A stretch of DNA of 64,000 nucleotides from Macrostomum hystrix (Eukaryota; Animalia; Platyhelminthes): the NCBI GenBank assembly GCA_950097015.1, contig CATNEN010000005.1, positions 682,001-746,000 of the forward strand, read 5' to 3'. Of this stretch, positions 1 through 20,159 are shown piece after piece. Below the pieces are notes generated by a model. That model was given only the letters and a program-made list of their open reading frames with translations, was not told the origin of the DNA and ran no database searches. The number at the start of each line of letters is the position of its first letter. Position 1 is the first letter of the stretch. The translations under genes and the position numbers were made by a program.

Positions 1-590
1 TACAGAGATAAAAAGGTCATTTGGTATGAGTCCGTATTTTTGCGAAATCACCACGTACCTGTTCTATTTTCAGAAATACACTATGGAGATCAAAAAAGGT
101 CTTTCGGCATTTTTTCGTGAAATCAATTACTACATTGAGTCAGACTGAAGATATATAGCAATTGCTGATTTGCACTCTTTCTTGAAACCAACTGCGTGCC
201 TAGCAGGAGTGTCCGCAGCTTTTTTAAATTCGCTCCATTTGGGATAAAGAGGATAGCAATGAAAGGCTCTAAAATGGAGCCAGAGGTCAATCCTTGAACC
301 AAACCTACTTATTTCTACAGAGAAATCTACAAAGAGCTCTTCAAGCATAAAACAGTTAGATAAAAAGCCATAGCAACTACTAAAGCTATTTCGAAGAAAG
401 TCCATGGACTGGGTAGGGCTACTATACTTAACATTTCTAAGCTAGGTGAACTCGAGCAAATTGCTAAGTACATGTCTTGCTTTTAAACAATTACCGTTTC
501 AAATTATTTTAAGCTACAAGCTACTTGCTTGATTTGTGGTTAAATGAATAAACAGTTGATTTCATCGCTTATGTGCCAATTTGTCTGCAG

Positions 591-859
591 ACAAACAGCG
601 CCGATTGAAGCAGGCCAAGCAGGAGGCAGCCACGGAGATTGACGCCTTCAAGAAGGAACGCGAACAAAACTTTAAAGAGCATGAAGCGAAGATTCTCGGC
701 TCCAGAACCGACTCAGAGAAGCTGGTGCAAGAGGAGACTCGTCAACGCCTGAGCGAATTGGACACCAACGTTGCCCAGAACAAGGACGAAGCTATAAAGC
801 GCCTACTAGAGTTGGTGTTCGATGTGCAGCCAAAGTTGCACGAGAATTTCAAACGATAA
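591..859 (+). CDS. ATP6V1G: V-type H+-ATPase subunit G, 3' coding exon (first exon lies upstream of the window)
   Basis: Acceptor tctgcag| at 590, phase 1. Translation KQRRLKQAKQEAATEIDAFKKERE...LLELVFDVQPKLHENFKR* matches the V1G family (RRLKQAKEEA; D.xPxLHxN). Stop TAA 857-859. Confidence 0.92.
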
Positions 860-3701
860 ACTGATCTGGCTGATTCATGCATTGGATTGATTGGACAATA
901 ATTCAGTAAGGGTCATGGGTTTGGAAATTATAAGACAGTGATTTGTAGTCTGTTTGATTATTTATTTATGATTTATTAAAGACTATCTAATTGGGATTAT
1001 TGTTAAAGAGATATAGTTCACAAAATTATTTTTTTCACTAATTCGACTTCCAGCAGTGCGCAATTAATTCTACACGCGTCTTCCCTTCAAATTTATTTAG
1101 CCAATCTAAAAATGTTGTCGTCTTCGGTAAAATTTCGCCGCTCTTATTTTCTTGTGGCATGCCGATTTTGTTTACATAAAGTACTGCTTTTTTGTTCTGA
1201 AATTGCCAAGTTACTTAGCAATCAATTGTTATCCTGCTATAGCTATTTCTTCAACTAAATCTACTCTCGTCAGATTCCTTGATTTGTCTTCCCAATTTTG
1301 ATTTCGTTTATTCCACATGCTCGTATTAAATAAATAAATACATGAAGTTATCCTTGCGAATGCTATATTTCTGGTAATATACAGGTGAACAATACTATAG
1401 ATTAACGTTTTAGTTATGAGAACAAAAGATAAACAAAACTGACTTGCTATTATTTCTAGATTCAATTCTATTCAGCATCGGCACATCTAAGTTCTCATAA
1501 AGCCACATCAGGGCTTTTTGTGAAGCAAAATGAACAATATTCGCTCGTGACTATATATATTTATTTTTATATGAAAGATTGCCCGCCCTTAAATTCTTTT
1601 TAATTCCTTAACTCTCCTGTCCTCTCTTATCTACTCCAGCTCTCCTCAGCTAGACACTTCTCTCCTCAACCATACTCAACTCTAAGCTTCTCTCTTCTCT
1701 ACTCTCCTCTTTACTCACATCTGGTTGCACTTTATGAAAATTTCTTGTTATTTCCTATTTGGTTCGATTGCCTAAAAAACAAAGAAAATATACTAATTAA
1801 GGGTAGTTAAAATAAGAGAACTTAAAAATCTGGTTAACATTATTAACTACCCGGCTCATTTCCCTGTGAAAATGCTATAATTGACCGCGAGTACTGGATA
1901 CCCTAGGCTGTATTAAGCTTTTTTATTTTTATTGACTGTAGATGAAGCATCCTGAAGTATTTTAGTAGCATCTGAAAGAAATTGCGAGCTCGTTTATTGT
2001 TAATTTTTTCTATATTCAAATATTAGTCAGGCATATAAAACATTATTACGCTTCAAACAATTAGAAAGTTTATTTAAACTACATGTAGGTGGTTCCAGTA
2101 AATTCAAGCTGACGATACATCAAACCAACTCACATATGACTAGTGCTGTATTTTACCAAATTGTAGTAAAAATGATGGCGATTCTTTCTGTGTAGTTTGA
2201 TTCCGATTGTCCTACACATAATATGCATATCCATACCATAGAATGTATAGGCTACAATAGAGGCTACACGCTATAGCTTCTTATATTTAATAAAAATCTT
2301 CCTTGATTAACCATTGTCTATACAGCCTGATCGGGTGTGCGTAATTCACGATCTGTCCCGGCTGCCATTTACGAGCTTTATTTCATTAAAACAAAATGTT
2401 TATCCTACTTAAGTAGTTAGACTTGTAAAGCAAAAATGTGCTATGTAGCAGCTGCGTAAAAAGTTTAAAAAGTTTATTTATTGTTTAAAAAACACACATT
2501 GTTTACAACGCAAAAGCATTGCTTCATGGTTTGACTTACTGATTAAGTTTTATATTACGAACACGACCTCTTCTTATGGTGCTGGGCGGATTTAAAACTA
2601 AATCATTTCACTTATACAAGAAAAGCATTTTTGATGATTTTAAAAAAATCACTTTCAAAAGACAGTGGCAGGAATTAAACCATTAGACTCTTAACATTCC
2701 GAATTATTCAACTTGGTAATATTGCAATAAGCACTGGCACTGGCGCCTGAAAACGTATATCAATTATCAGTAATAATCAGTAACATTTGACTTCAAATAC
2801 CTAACAGTCTTAATTACTATCCACCTATACTAAGTTCAATACTGGACATTATAATTTTTCTACAGTATTTTTACGCTCGACATTCTTTTAAAACTAAAAG
2901 CCTCGTGTTTTAATATTGGAAAGTGAAATTCGAAATAAGTTTTTAGTAAACATAATTTGAGATTTGCGTTAGGCTGAAATAACCTAAGTTTATGTCTAAA
3001 ACGTTACTAACGTTACAAATTTGCACAAAAATACAATTTTTGTTATTATGTATATAACTCATTTTTTGACAATTATTTAAATGAACTGCCACAACATAGT
3101 TATTATTTAACTTTGTTCCAGATATATAAAAATGTGGTTGGGAAGGCTCATAGGCCTTATGTGTTTTATGCAGGTAACGAAAATTTGGAATGCAAGAAAA
3201 TATGCAACTTTATAGGTGCCATTTCTTTTTTACTTGGTGGGTATTTTAAATAATGGACATAATTTTTAGGCATCACAGGAACTTTACTTAAACCTCGAAA
3301 ATGGAAATTTTAAAGAAAGACTATTAAAGCCATTATTTATAGATAAATTAGGAACCGAACTGTCATGTCGAAAGCCATCTATACAATGTCTTGGTAAAAA
3401 AAAGTAAATAAGAAATCTGACACTTCTGGGACAATTTATTCAGAGTTAGTTTGCTTTTGCATTTGTACTTGTTACTGCACATACATATATATATATACCC
3501 ATGAAATTTAGAGTGTTTATTGAATGAAAGAAATAGTCTCATTATATTTTAGTAACGAAATCAGTTTTTAATGATCGTAGTTTTCTTTTTTTACCTTTTT
3601 GTTTTTTTCCAAATCCTTGCTTCATGACCTTTTCAGATTGAACTCCATTTGATAAAATTTCATAAAAATAATAAATAACATTGGCAATGCTTGGCTGGCT
3701 A

Positions 3702-7032
<3,331 letters not shown>

Positions 7033-7531
7033 TCGTGACCTACATGTACGGCAAACAAGAAATTACTTTTGCTAATGACAAGTTCTGCGAGTCATCGTAA
7101 ATTATATGCAATTGTCAATACTTATAAGTACTGCTAGCATGCATTGTGGCTTATGAAAATACTGTATACTACAAATCTGCAATTACGCACAAAAAGTGTA
7201 CCAGCCATGACGTTGCTTAAACAGTTTATTTCCAAATCCATTCCCTAAATGATAGTTATTTGATTTATAAATGTTTAAAAACGGCGTGAATAATGCCTCT
7301 TGTCAATGCGCTTTTACTTTTAATAATTTGCCTTTAGTTTTTTTATTTTATTGTCGTCATACATGGTACTGCTAGTAGTTAAAAAAATGTCATTTTTGCC
7401 AGTACAATGTTTCCTAATAAATTTGATAAGAGCCGTAAGTAAATAAAGGAGATTTTAGAAATGAAAAAGTACATTAAAAGTTTGTGATGCACACAGCTTT
7501 TTATAGTCAGATTTTTATTGGCATGTAGAAA

Positions 7532-7868
7532 TAATAATAATAATAATAATAATTGATTACACCTGCCCCAATTGGGTCAGATGTGCAGCTGACAGCACAG
7601 CTGCAGCTAATGCGCGGCGCATCTGAAGGCTGCGTACAGCTGTTCAGTCCACGGACTGGGGGGACGCCAACCCACCTTCAATTATCCCAGCTGATGCTGG
7701 TTCCCATTTAACAGCTGGGTGAACTGAAGCAATGCAGAGTTAAGTGTCTTGCTTAAGGACGCAAATTGTTCCAGTGGAGTCGGGAATCGAACCCCCGACC
7801 TTCAAGTCATGAGTCCGACGCCCTAACCACTAGGCTGCAACCTCTCCGAAACACGAAGAAACACGAAA
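7532..7868 (-). mobile_element. SINE family A: tRNA-derived head, CORE/Meta-like central domain, (ATT)n tail
   Basis: Minus strand has A-box (TAGTGGTTAGG), B-box (GGTTCGATTCC), central GTCCTTAAGCAAGACACTTAACTCTGCATTGCTTCAGTTCACCCAGCTGTTAAATGGG and an (ATT)n tail. Flanked by direct repeat CATGTAGAAA (7522-7531 and 7869-7878). Near-identical copy at 21060-21369. Confidence 0.85.
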
Positions 7869-9448
7869 CATGTAGAAAACATAAATTACTATCAACTGAA
7901 CCACTAAACCTTCAAGTGCTGTGCAATACGTATTTTGTTTTGGGAAAATAATTTTTTTCTTGAACTTCTTAAGCACAGCTCACTGGCTAAAAACGGGCAG
8001 GCATACAAGATTCATTAAAAGTTAGTTTTTAACTATGTTATAACAAAACAGTAGTTATCTTATGTATAATATTATGTTTTTCCTCAAATAGTTGAGGAGT
8101 GGAAATGTTTTAGGTACAGCCAGTTAGACTCTGCTCTCCAGTCTCCAGGTTCTCAGAGCTCTCAGTCTCTCGGCACTTTGCTTGCACTACTAATTATAAA
8201 GGAAAGAAAAGACAGTTCAGAACTATAGAGGACCCGAGTTACGTGGTATATAACTAGTTCTAGTAGGCCTTCGCATGCTACTTTGTTTGAAACTGCATTA
8301 GTTTGAGTTTTCTCAGACTTGAAAATTAAATGTACATATGCCTAATGTTTCTTCAAGCAAACAGTGCCGCGAAAACAAATGCCTCTTAATTCAACTTTCC
8401 TTCCCTATTCATTCACTGCACTAAAGTCCTACTGGGTCTGGAGCAGTGTGGAGTGCAACTCTCTGGGTTAGAGGGGCGAAGTGCACCCAAGTCTAGAAGT
8501 AAGAGGTAGATGAGTCCAGGCCCAGACAAGACCTCCGAGTACTAAACCAAGGGCCTTTTCAGCGCGATAAGACAGGTCACCCGCCCATCTATAGAGGCGG
8601 GGAATAAGTTAAAATTGTACGCCAAATCCGGTTAGAACCGGTTTTGGGGTGTATAGCATTAGTATGGGGAATGAGAGCGGAAATGAGCCAGAACGCTATT
8701 TTTGTTAGTTAAAAAATTTGACAGTGGCCACTTAGAGTAATAAATTCTAGCAATGCGGAATTTCTCAGATTCATCGTAAGTATGAGTGTGCGAGAGATTT
8801 TTTTCTTTTCGCTTAGAATAGGGACCTGCTTTACCTTGAAGAATAAATAAAATATAATTTGGAGCAATGCGAAGCCGTATCCTCCTCTCTCCACTTGTCC
8901 AATGCAGAATTAAAGGCGCTAGAGAGAGGAGTGGAGCTTTGCGATTCTGTTGACAATTTCTGTCTATCCGATAGGCTTTACACGGGTTTCCCTCGCCACC
9001 CACCCCATCCAGCTAAAATTGAGTGCAGACAATCCCCCTTCTACCCGAAATGCGTCCACCCTCAACTTTGCATGGTGAAAAGTCGTCAAATGAAGCCCAC
9101 CTCATTTGGATCCAATTGGATAGTATAGGAAGGGTCTATTACTATTTTTAGACCGGGCTGGCGGAGTTTTTCTGTCGTTGTACATACGGGAGAGAAAATT
9201 TTACAATCACGTGACCCCACTTTGGACTGGGGTAGGGTTGGAGACCCTCCCCGATCGCTAAGTGCGCCGAATGAGTGATGCCTATCTTTCTCTTTAGTCA
9301 TAAGGTCATTATAATATGTTAATAACCCCCGGCAGCGAATAGACCTCAGACCACCGAGGCAATAAGACCCGGGGCTTTACTAACACCGCAGCCGACATAC
9401 ACACACATAAAACACGCATGCCCTTGCTGTCTGTATTGCAATCTGCAG

Positions 9449-9548
9449 TCGAGTTTTATTGTGCCTAAGTCCTCGGTTAGAGTGCTGGTGCGATTGAAGT
9501 TCTTGTTAGAAGTTTTTATTAGAAACGCGACTTCACTTCTGCCTACTG
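9449..9548 (+). other. Possible non-coding 5' exon of CtBP
   Basis: Bounded by ctgcag| (9448) and a strong |gtgagt donor (9549). The ATG-containing exon begins after ttttgcag| at 9933. Confidence 0.35.
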
Positions 9549-9974
9549 GTGAGTGGAATAAGTGTTTGATTCATTTAATTTCGAAGTTTCGGAATCGTTA
9601 GAATAAATCACTGTACTTGCTAGTGTTAGCAAAGAGCAAGCCTTCAAAATCTTGTGTAATTACTATAATATAGTATGTATTATTTCTATCTAGTCTCCTA
9701 GATTGAGATTTTAGCAGGCTCGAAATGATGTAAAGGTCCATTTCTACTTGGAACTTTCAAATATTAGCAATAAAATATTTGATTCGAATACTATAATTAT
9801 ATGCGGATTTTATGTCATAGCTAGGCCTTAGGATTAAGGATTATGGATACAAATCAATACTCCTTAAAACTTGCGGCAAATGTTTTTAGTAGCTACAACA
9901 AATGCACCTTACGAACGCTAACCATTTTGCAGTCCCATTGTGATCACTGCTAGCTAACCGACTCGCTATTGTAA

Positions 9975-14395
<4,421 letters not shown>

Positions 14396-14599
14396 TTTGA
14401 TGATCGATAAGCCAGCTCATAGATTGGCTACTCAACTGAGTATTGTCGACTATTTTAGTAAGATTTAGAATTTAACTCTTAGCAGTTTTTTGTGATTTTG
14501 AACATCAGAGTTTAAGTATTTTTAGGCAAGATTGGGATTCTGGGGATCTAGTAGATAAGATAGGGATTTCTAGTTTAAGGATCTAGTAGGTAAGTAGGT

Positions 14600-15075
14600 T
14601 AGACTGGGATTCCCAGTTTGAGGATCTAGTAGGTTAGATTGGGATTCCCAGTTTGAGGATCTAGTAGGTTAGACTGGGATTCCCAGTTTGAGGATCTAAT
14701 AGGTTAGATTGGGATTCCCAGTTTGAGGATCTAGTAGGTTAGACTGGGATTCCCAGCTTGAGCATCTAGTAGGTTAGATTGGGATTCCCAGTTTGAGCAT
14801 CTAGTAGGTTAGATTGGGATTCCCAGTTTGAGGATCTAGTAGGTTAGATTGGGATTCCCAGTTTGAGCATCTAGTAGGTTAGACTGGGATTCCCAGTTTG
14901 AGGATCTAGTAGGTTAGACTGGGATTCCCAGTTTGAGGATATAGTAGGTTAGACTGGGATTCCCAGTTTGAGGATCTAATAGGTTAGACTGGGATTCCCA
15001 GTTTGAGGATATAGTAGGTTAGACTGGGATTCCCAGTTTGAGGATATAGTAGGTTAGACTGGGATTCCCAGTTTA
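14600..15075. repeat. 35-bp minisatellite (GGGATTCCCAGTTTGAGGATCTAGTAGGTTAGACT), 14 copies, downstream of the CtBP stop
   Basis: GGGATTCCC recurs every 35 bp from 14606 to 15061. Confidence 0.95.
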
Positions 15076-16134
15076 AGGATCGTGTTGGGAAGTTTTAGGA
15101 TTTTGAGGGTTTTGTCGAGAATAAGGTTTTAATACCTGAATATAAAGTCTTATATTCAAATGTTTAATTGAATTTGAATTAAAATTTTGAATACTTTTCG
15201 TCAATAAAAATATTGAATTGTAAATTATTATGCTGCTATTTGAAAGATCCACATTTTGTTGTTGTGCTGTGAAATGGAAGACACATTTTTCGTCTAGAAT
15301 AGCTGCAAATAGCACAGGTAGTTTAATACCTGTCATCGTTCACATATGCTCGCTCGCCCCGGTATCTCCCAATGATAAGTTTGACTGAAGCAGCATTTGT
15401 TTTAAAATACTTTTTTGTTATTCGCATGCTACTACTGACACAAATTGCGATTATTAAGTAGTAAAAATGGATTGTTATAATCAAATTCAATATATATAAG
15501 AAAGTTTATAAATTGATTTAAAAGTTTCATTTTAATAGTTTCACATTACTCACAGAGATTAGGTAATTATTAAGTCAATTTACGTATAGTTAAGAGTGTG
15601 AATTGAGCTCTTCCATACTGACTGGATAATTTTGTTTAAATAATTTATCATCTTTCGCTCTGTTGTTTTTTTAATCCTATTTCTTACACTGTTAAAATGC
15701 TCCTTTGAAAAATGAAGTTTTCCATAAAAATTGAAACATATAAAATTAATTTTTGCATGTTGTCTGTGTTTATTTTGTGTTGTGTTGTTATTGTTCTGAT
15801 TAAAATAAAAAATGAATTTTTACTTTCTCAAAAGTGTATTAGGGTAGCCGTTTCATTAGTTGCGAATGTTACCATTCGTGTTGTTTTTCAATAGTTTAAT
15901 ATTCAGCGCAAGTGATTGCTCTTCTCTGAAATATAATTTTATCCATTGTTGACTGTCAGACCGCAAACTTACGTCTGTTCGCCTTGGTTTTTTTACGCCT
16001 ACCAAAATTGATTTCATTTCATTTCTACAGTGAAAGTGAACTTGTCCAGATAGTCCGAATTGCTTTACTAAAAGTAGTACATCAACATTGAGACTTCAGC
16101 AACAGACGAGCTAGCCTACGTGCTATACTTAGGT

Positions 16135-17275
16135 GTCACGTGTCATGTGTCGGTTGTGTCAGCTGGCAGTTGTGTCAGTTATATCAGCTGGTGGTTGTGT
16201 CAGCTGGTGGCAGTTGTGTCAGTTATATCAGCTGGCAGTTGTGTCAGTTATATCAGCTGGTGGTTGTGTCAGCTGGTGGCAGTTGTGTCAGTTATATCAG
16301 CTGGCAGTTGTGTCAGTTATATCAGCTGGTGGTTGTGTCAGCTGGTGGCAGTTGTGTCAGTTATATCAGCTGGCAGTTGTGTCAGTTATATCAGCTGGTG
16401 GTTGTGTCAGCTGGTGGCAGTTGTGTCAGTTATATCAGCTGGTGGCAGTTGTGTCAGTTATATCAGCTGGCAGTTGTGTCAGTTATATCAGCTGGTGGTT
16501 GTGTCAGCTGGTGGCAGTTGTGTCAGTTATATCAGCTGGCAGTTGTGTCAGTTATATCAGCTGGTGGTTGTGTCAGCTGGTGGCAGTTGTGTCAGTTATA
16601 TCAGCTGGCAGTTGTGTCAGTTATATCAGCTGGTGGTTGTGTCAGCTGGTGGCAGTTGTGTCAGTTATATCAGCTGGCAGTTGTGTCAGTTATATCAGCT
16701 GGTGGCAGTTGTGTCAGTTATATCAGCTGGCAGTTGTGTCAGTTATATCAGCTGGTGGTTGTGTCAGCTGGTGGCAGTTGTGTCAGTTATATCAGCTGGC
16801 AGTTGTGTCAGTTATATCAGCTGGTGGTTGTGTCAGCTGGTGGCAGTTGTGTCAGTTATATCAGCTGGCAGTTGTGTCAGTTATATCAGCTGGTGGTTGT
16901 GTCAGCTGGTGGCAGTTGTGTCAGTTAATATATCAGCTGGCAGTTGTGTCAGTTATATCAGCTGGTGGTTGTGTCAGCTGGTGGCAGTTGTGTCAGTTAT
17001 ATCAGCTGGCAGTTGTGTCAGTTATATCAGCTGGTGGCAGTTGTGTCAGCTATATCAGCTGGCAGTTGTGTCAGTTATATCAGCTGGCAGTTGTGTCAGT
17101 TATATCAGCTGGTGGTTGTGTCAGCTGGCAGTTGTGTCAGTTATATCAGCTGGTGGTTGTGTCAGCTGGCAGTTGTGTCAGTTATATCAGCTGGTGGTTG
17201 TGTCAGCTGGTGGCAGTTGTGTCAGTTATATCAGCTGGTGGTTGTGTCAGCTGGTGGCAGTTGTGTCAGCAGGCA
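16135..17275. repeat. Compound minisatellite built from GTCAGTTATATCAGCTGG, TGGTTGTGTCAGCTGG and CAGTTGT modules
   Basis: Visible tandem modules; stop-free in several frames, hence the 400-aa pseudo-ORFs. Confidence 0.95.
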
Positions 17276-17789
17276 GTTATCGATCGATATACAATAAATC
17301 GAAGTTTAATCAAATACATTCGGGCGAAGTATAAAACTATAGAACACTGTCCATAGCGTAAAATTCAAAAGTGTAATTTTTATCTTATATCCTAAATATT
17401 TAATCAGGAAGACGAGAATATTATAACAAAACTATAATATTCCTCGTAAACTAGAAAGAGAAATAGCGACAATAACGAAAAGCAAAATTGAATAAAACTT
17501 ACAGGTGCACTATATTATATTTTATACATTTGACAAATTTCTCTCAAGAGAATTCTCGTCTATTTTATCTTTGGCCTAACGCTTATCTAAGCCTTTATCA
17601 CCAACCCCTGCAGCTATAGGTGCCTCTTAACTTTAAAGTTTAAACGTTGCCCAAACGTTTACTAAAAAAATTATTAGATAACGAAACAAACTTTTCAGTG
17701 TTCAGTGTTCTATATGATATTGTTAGGCTATAGCTAGGCTATTTAATTAGACATTGTTCTGCATGAACCTTTCTACAAACCTAATGAAC

Positions 17790-17935
17790 AGGGCGGATGT
17801 CAGTAAGGTGTCGGACTCTGGATCAGATGGTCCTGGGTTCGACTCCCGACCTAGTCTAGAACTATTCGTGCAGCCTTTGGCAAGCTGCTTTGCCCTGATG
17901 TGCACACAGTCTACTTAGCTGCAAATGAGTACCGA
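17790..17935 (+). mobile_element. tRNA-derived SINE (family C or diverged family A)
   Basis: GGTGTCGGACTC...GGGTTCGACTCCC B-box head followed by CCTTTGGCAAGCTGCTTT...GCTGCAAATGAGTACC, similar to a CORE-type domain. Confidence 0.55.
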
Positions 17936-18104
17936 CATTTCGTCGGGTAATAATAATTCCGGCTGGCGTGGAATAAAGCAGTTCTGTGCGGCAATTCTGT
18001 GGGGTTTGGATGCTGCCGATATGTTTGGAAAAATAAATTCTATTGGTGACATTGGTAAATTTAAAATTACATCTGGCGCTCTTAGATAGCTTATTGTTCA
18101 TAGT

Positions 18105-18400
18105 TAGACTCTCGCGCCAAGGTTCGATTCCGCGGCGAGGCCACATTCATTTGTGGTGCAGTCGCAATTAAAGAGAAGCCTTGTGGGCTTGTCGTGCAAT
18201 TTACGCCCCTTGAGGGCCAACCTCCAAGGCACAGTGAGAGTGTGACACTGCCTGACGATGAGAGTGTCAGGGCAGACGTACACACTTCTGTGAGTGCAGC
18301 AGTGTGCTCAGGAGTCAACGAAATAGGCAGAGAATTACCCCCTCGCTGACTACAGTTTTGCTGTCACCGAATTGTCAGTGTCAACAGCCCTACAAATATG
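18105..18400 (+). mobile_element. SINE family B copy
   Basis: GGTTCGATTCCGCGGCGAGGCCACATTC B-box region, GGGCCAACCTCCAAGGCACAGTGAG, and hairpin CTGCCTGAC...GTCAGGGCAG. Confidence 0.65.
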
Positions 18401-18833
18401 ATGACAGTAGACAGTATTGCCCAAAAGACGATATGTAATATATAACATTATATAGCTGCAATGATTTGGGCGTTCAAAACGAGTAAGTTAAAGTGCACTG
18501 GTACAGTCAGGCACTGCATGACAGATAGCAATTTCGACTAATACTCGTAATACTGCAGTCCCTAAATTATATATAACGAGGGTTTCAATTGTCGCGGTTC
18601 AAAGTTGAAACACTCTTAAAAAAGGCGCACGATATCACCCTTTTATCTATTTTTACCTGATGATTAATATAGTGCAGATAAAAAATTGCAGCAATTTTGA
18701 AGTTGCAAAGAAATTGCGGCAGATAAATTAGTCCACTTATCTCTGGACTGGCGACTGCATGGGTCATGTATTCAACAGCACCCCAAGGCTAAGATCACGC
18801 GACTGCTGAGTGACTGATCAACAATCGATCTTC

Positions 18834-18840
18834 TATAAAA
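18834..18840 (+). promoter_or_regulatory. Candidate TATA box of the sulfotransferase gene
   Basis: TATAAAA about 90 nt upstream of the ATG at 18927; AATAAA at 19903-19908 downstream of the stop. Confidence 0.35.
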
Positions 18841-18926
18841 ACTGGTCCACCTGCAAGCCGAATTTCAGTCACTTATTTTAAACTATTTTGAATCCCTGAG
18901 TCTGAACGATACCCCAACTCGAAACA

Positions 18927-19790
18927 ATGTCTCAGTACTGCGTCGCCCCTCGTCTCGCCACAGATCCCACGGTTCGCGAGTTCTCCGAGAGCTTCAAGTT
19001 CTTGGATGACGATGTTCTGGTGTCAACCTATCACAAATCGGGCACCACTTTGGCACAGGAGATTGTCTCCTGCCTATTGTACGGCGTTGAGAAGACTCGA
19101 GCCACAGACCAGGCAGTGAGGTCACCTTTCATTGATTTCCGTCCACCGGGCGGTTCGGATCCTTTGGAGTACGCCCGTCAGATGTCCAGCCCGCGCGTCC
19201 TCAAGACCCACCTGCCGGCCAAGTATCACAGGCGTCACCTCAAACAATCCGGCAGCGGCCCGAAGAATGTCATCGTCATCCGCAATCCGAAGGACGTTCT
19301 GGTGTCCAAGTATCATCACTTCCACGGCACCAAGACGTTCTCGGATCAGGTGCCGAGCGAATTCGCTGACTTCTGGCGCGCCATGGTCTATCAGCCGGTG
19401 AAGTACGGCCAGCCAGACTATTTCGACTTCAACCTCGGCTGGTGGGCCTTGCGCGATCATCCGCGCGTCCTGGTCCTGTTCTATGAGGACCTGCTCAACG
19501 ACAAGGCTGCTCAAGTTCGCCGACTAGCCGACTTCATCGGCGTCCAGCTGACCGACCAGCTGCTGAAGGACACCCTCGAGGCCACCAGCTTCCAGGCCAT
19601 GCGGGACAACCCGAATGTGAATGTCAGCCGCGGCGGCGAGACTGACGGCTGGAAGACCGGCGTCAGTTTTATCCGGCGAGGCGAGATCGGCGACTGGAAG
19701 AACCATTTCACAGTGGCAGACAACGAGGAGCTGGACAGGGCTATCGAGGAGCGAATGTCCGGCGCTGAGTTGCAGTTCGTCTACGAGTGA
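18927..19790 (+). CDS. Cytosolic PAPS-dependent sulfotransferase (SULT1-like fold), intronless, 287 aa
   Basis: 5'-PSB loop TYHKSGTT, catalytic KTHLP, 3'-PB RNPKDVLVS, YEDL, RRGEIGDWKNHFT and dimerisation motif KxxxTVxxxE (KNHFTVADNE). Confidence 0.93.
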   Translation: MSQYCVAPRLATDPTVREFSESFKFLDDDVLVSTYHKSGTTLAQEIVSCLLYGVEKTRATDQAVRSPFIDFRPPGGSDPLEYARQMSSPRVLKTHLPAKYHRRHLKQSGSGPKNVIVIRNPKDVLVSKYHHFHGTKTFSDQVPSEFADFWRAMVYQPVKYGQPDYFDFNLGWWALRDHPRVLVLFYEDLLNDKAAQVRRLADFIGVQLTDQLLKDTLEATSFQAMRDNPNVNVSRGGETDGWKTGVSFIRRGEIGDWKNHFTVADNEELDRAIEERMSGAELQFVYE

Positions 19791-20159
19791 CGTCATCGCC
19801 CGACCAACCAGTCCGACAATCGATTTGCCAATCATTCCGATGTTTTCTAGACTTTAATGCTTTCGGTATTGTGTACAGATCGACACACGATTATTTAACT
19901 AAAATAAAAGGGCCATCCACAATTTAGGACGCCCTGGATATTAACCATATTTCATCTCGTCTCTATTAGCCCATTGTTTTTTACCCGTGAACTGGTGCAC
20001 CGAGGATCGCTTTTCCTTTCCTAGCTCAAACTGTGCTCACATTTTTAGAGACTTTGACTCTATTTTTAATAATTAAAATTTCTATTTGTTTTAACGTGGT
20101 CATAAATCTGTTTTTAAAAAGTTTACTTTTTTGTCTTGTCTTGTTTTCGAGAGAAAGTA

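Noticed and set aside
130-3600. Short ORFs in the AT-rich spacer around the V-ATPase exon (130-405, 1229-1465, 3542-3769)
   Set aside because: No motifs, AT-rich composition and no splice-compatible partners.
7770-7845. tRNA-Met-like sequence on the minus strand (also 21290-21369, 17800-17850, 51870-51940)
   Set aside because: Acceptor and anticodon stems do not pair properly, and each head runs into a SINE body, so these are SINE heads, not tRNA genes.
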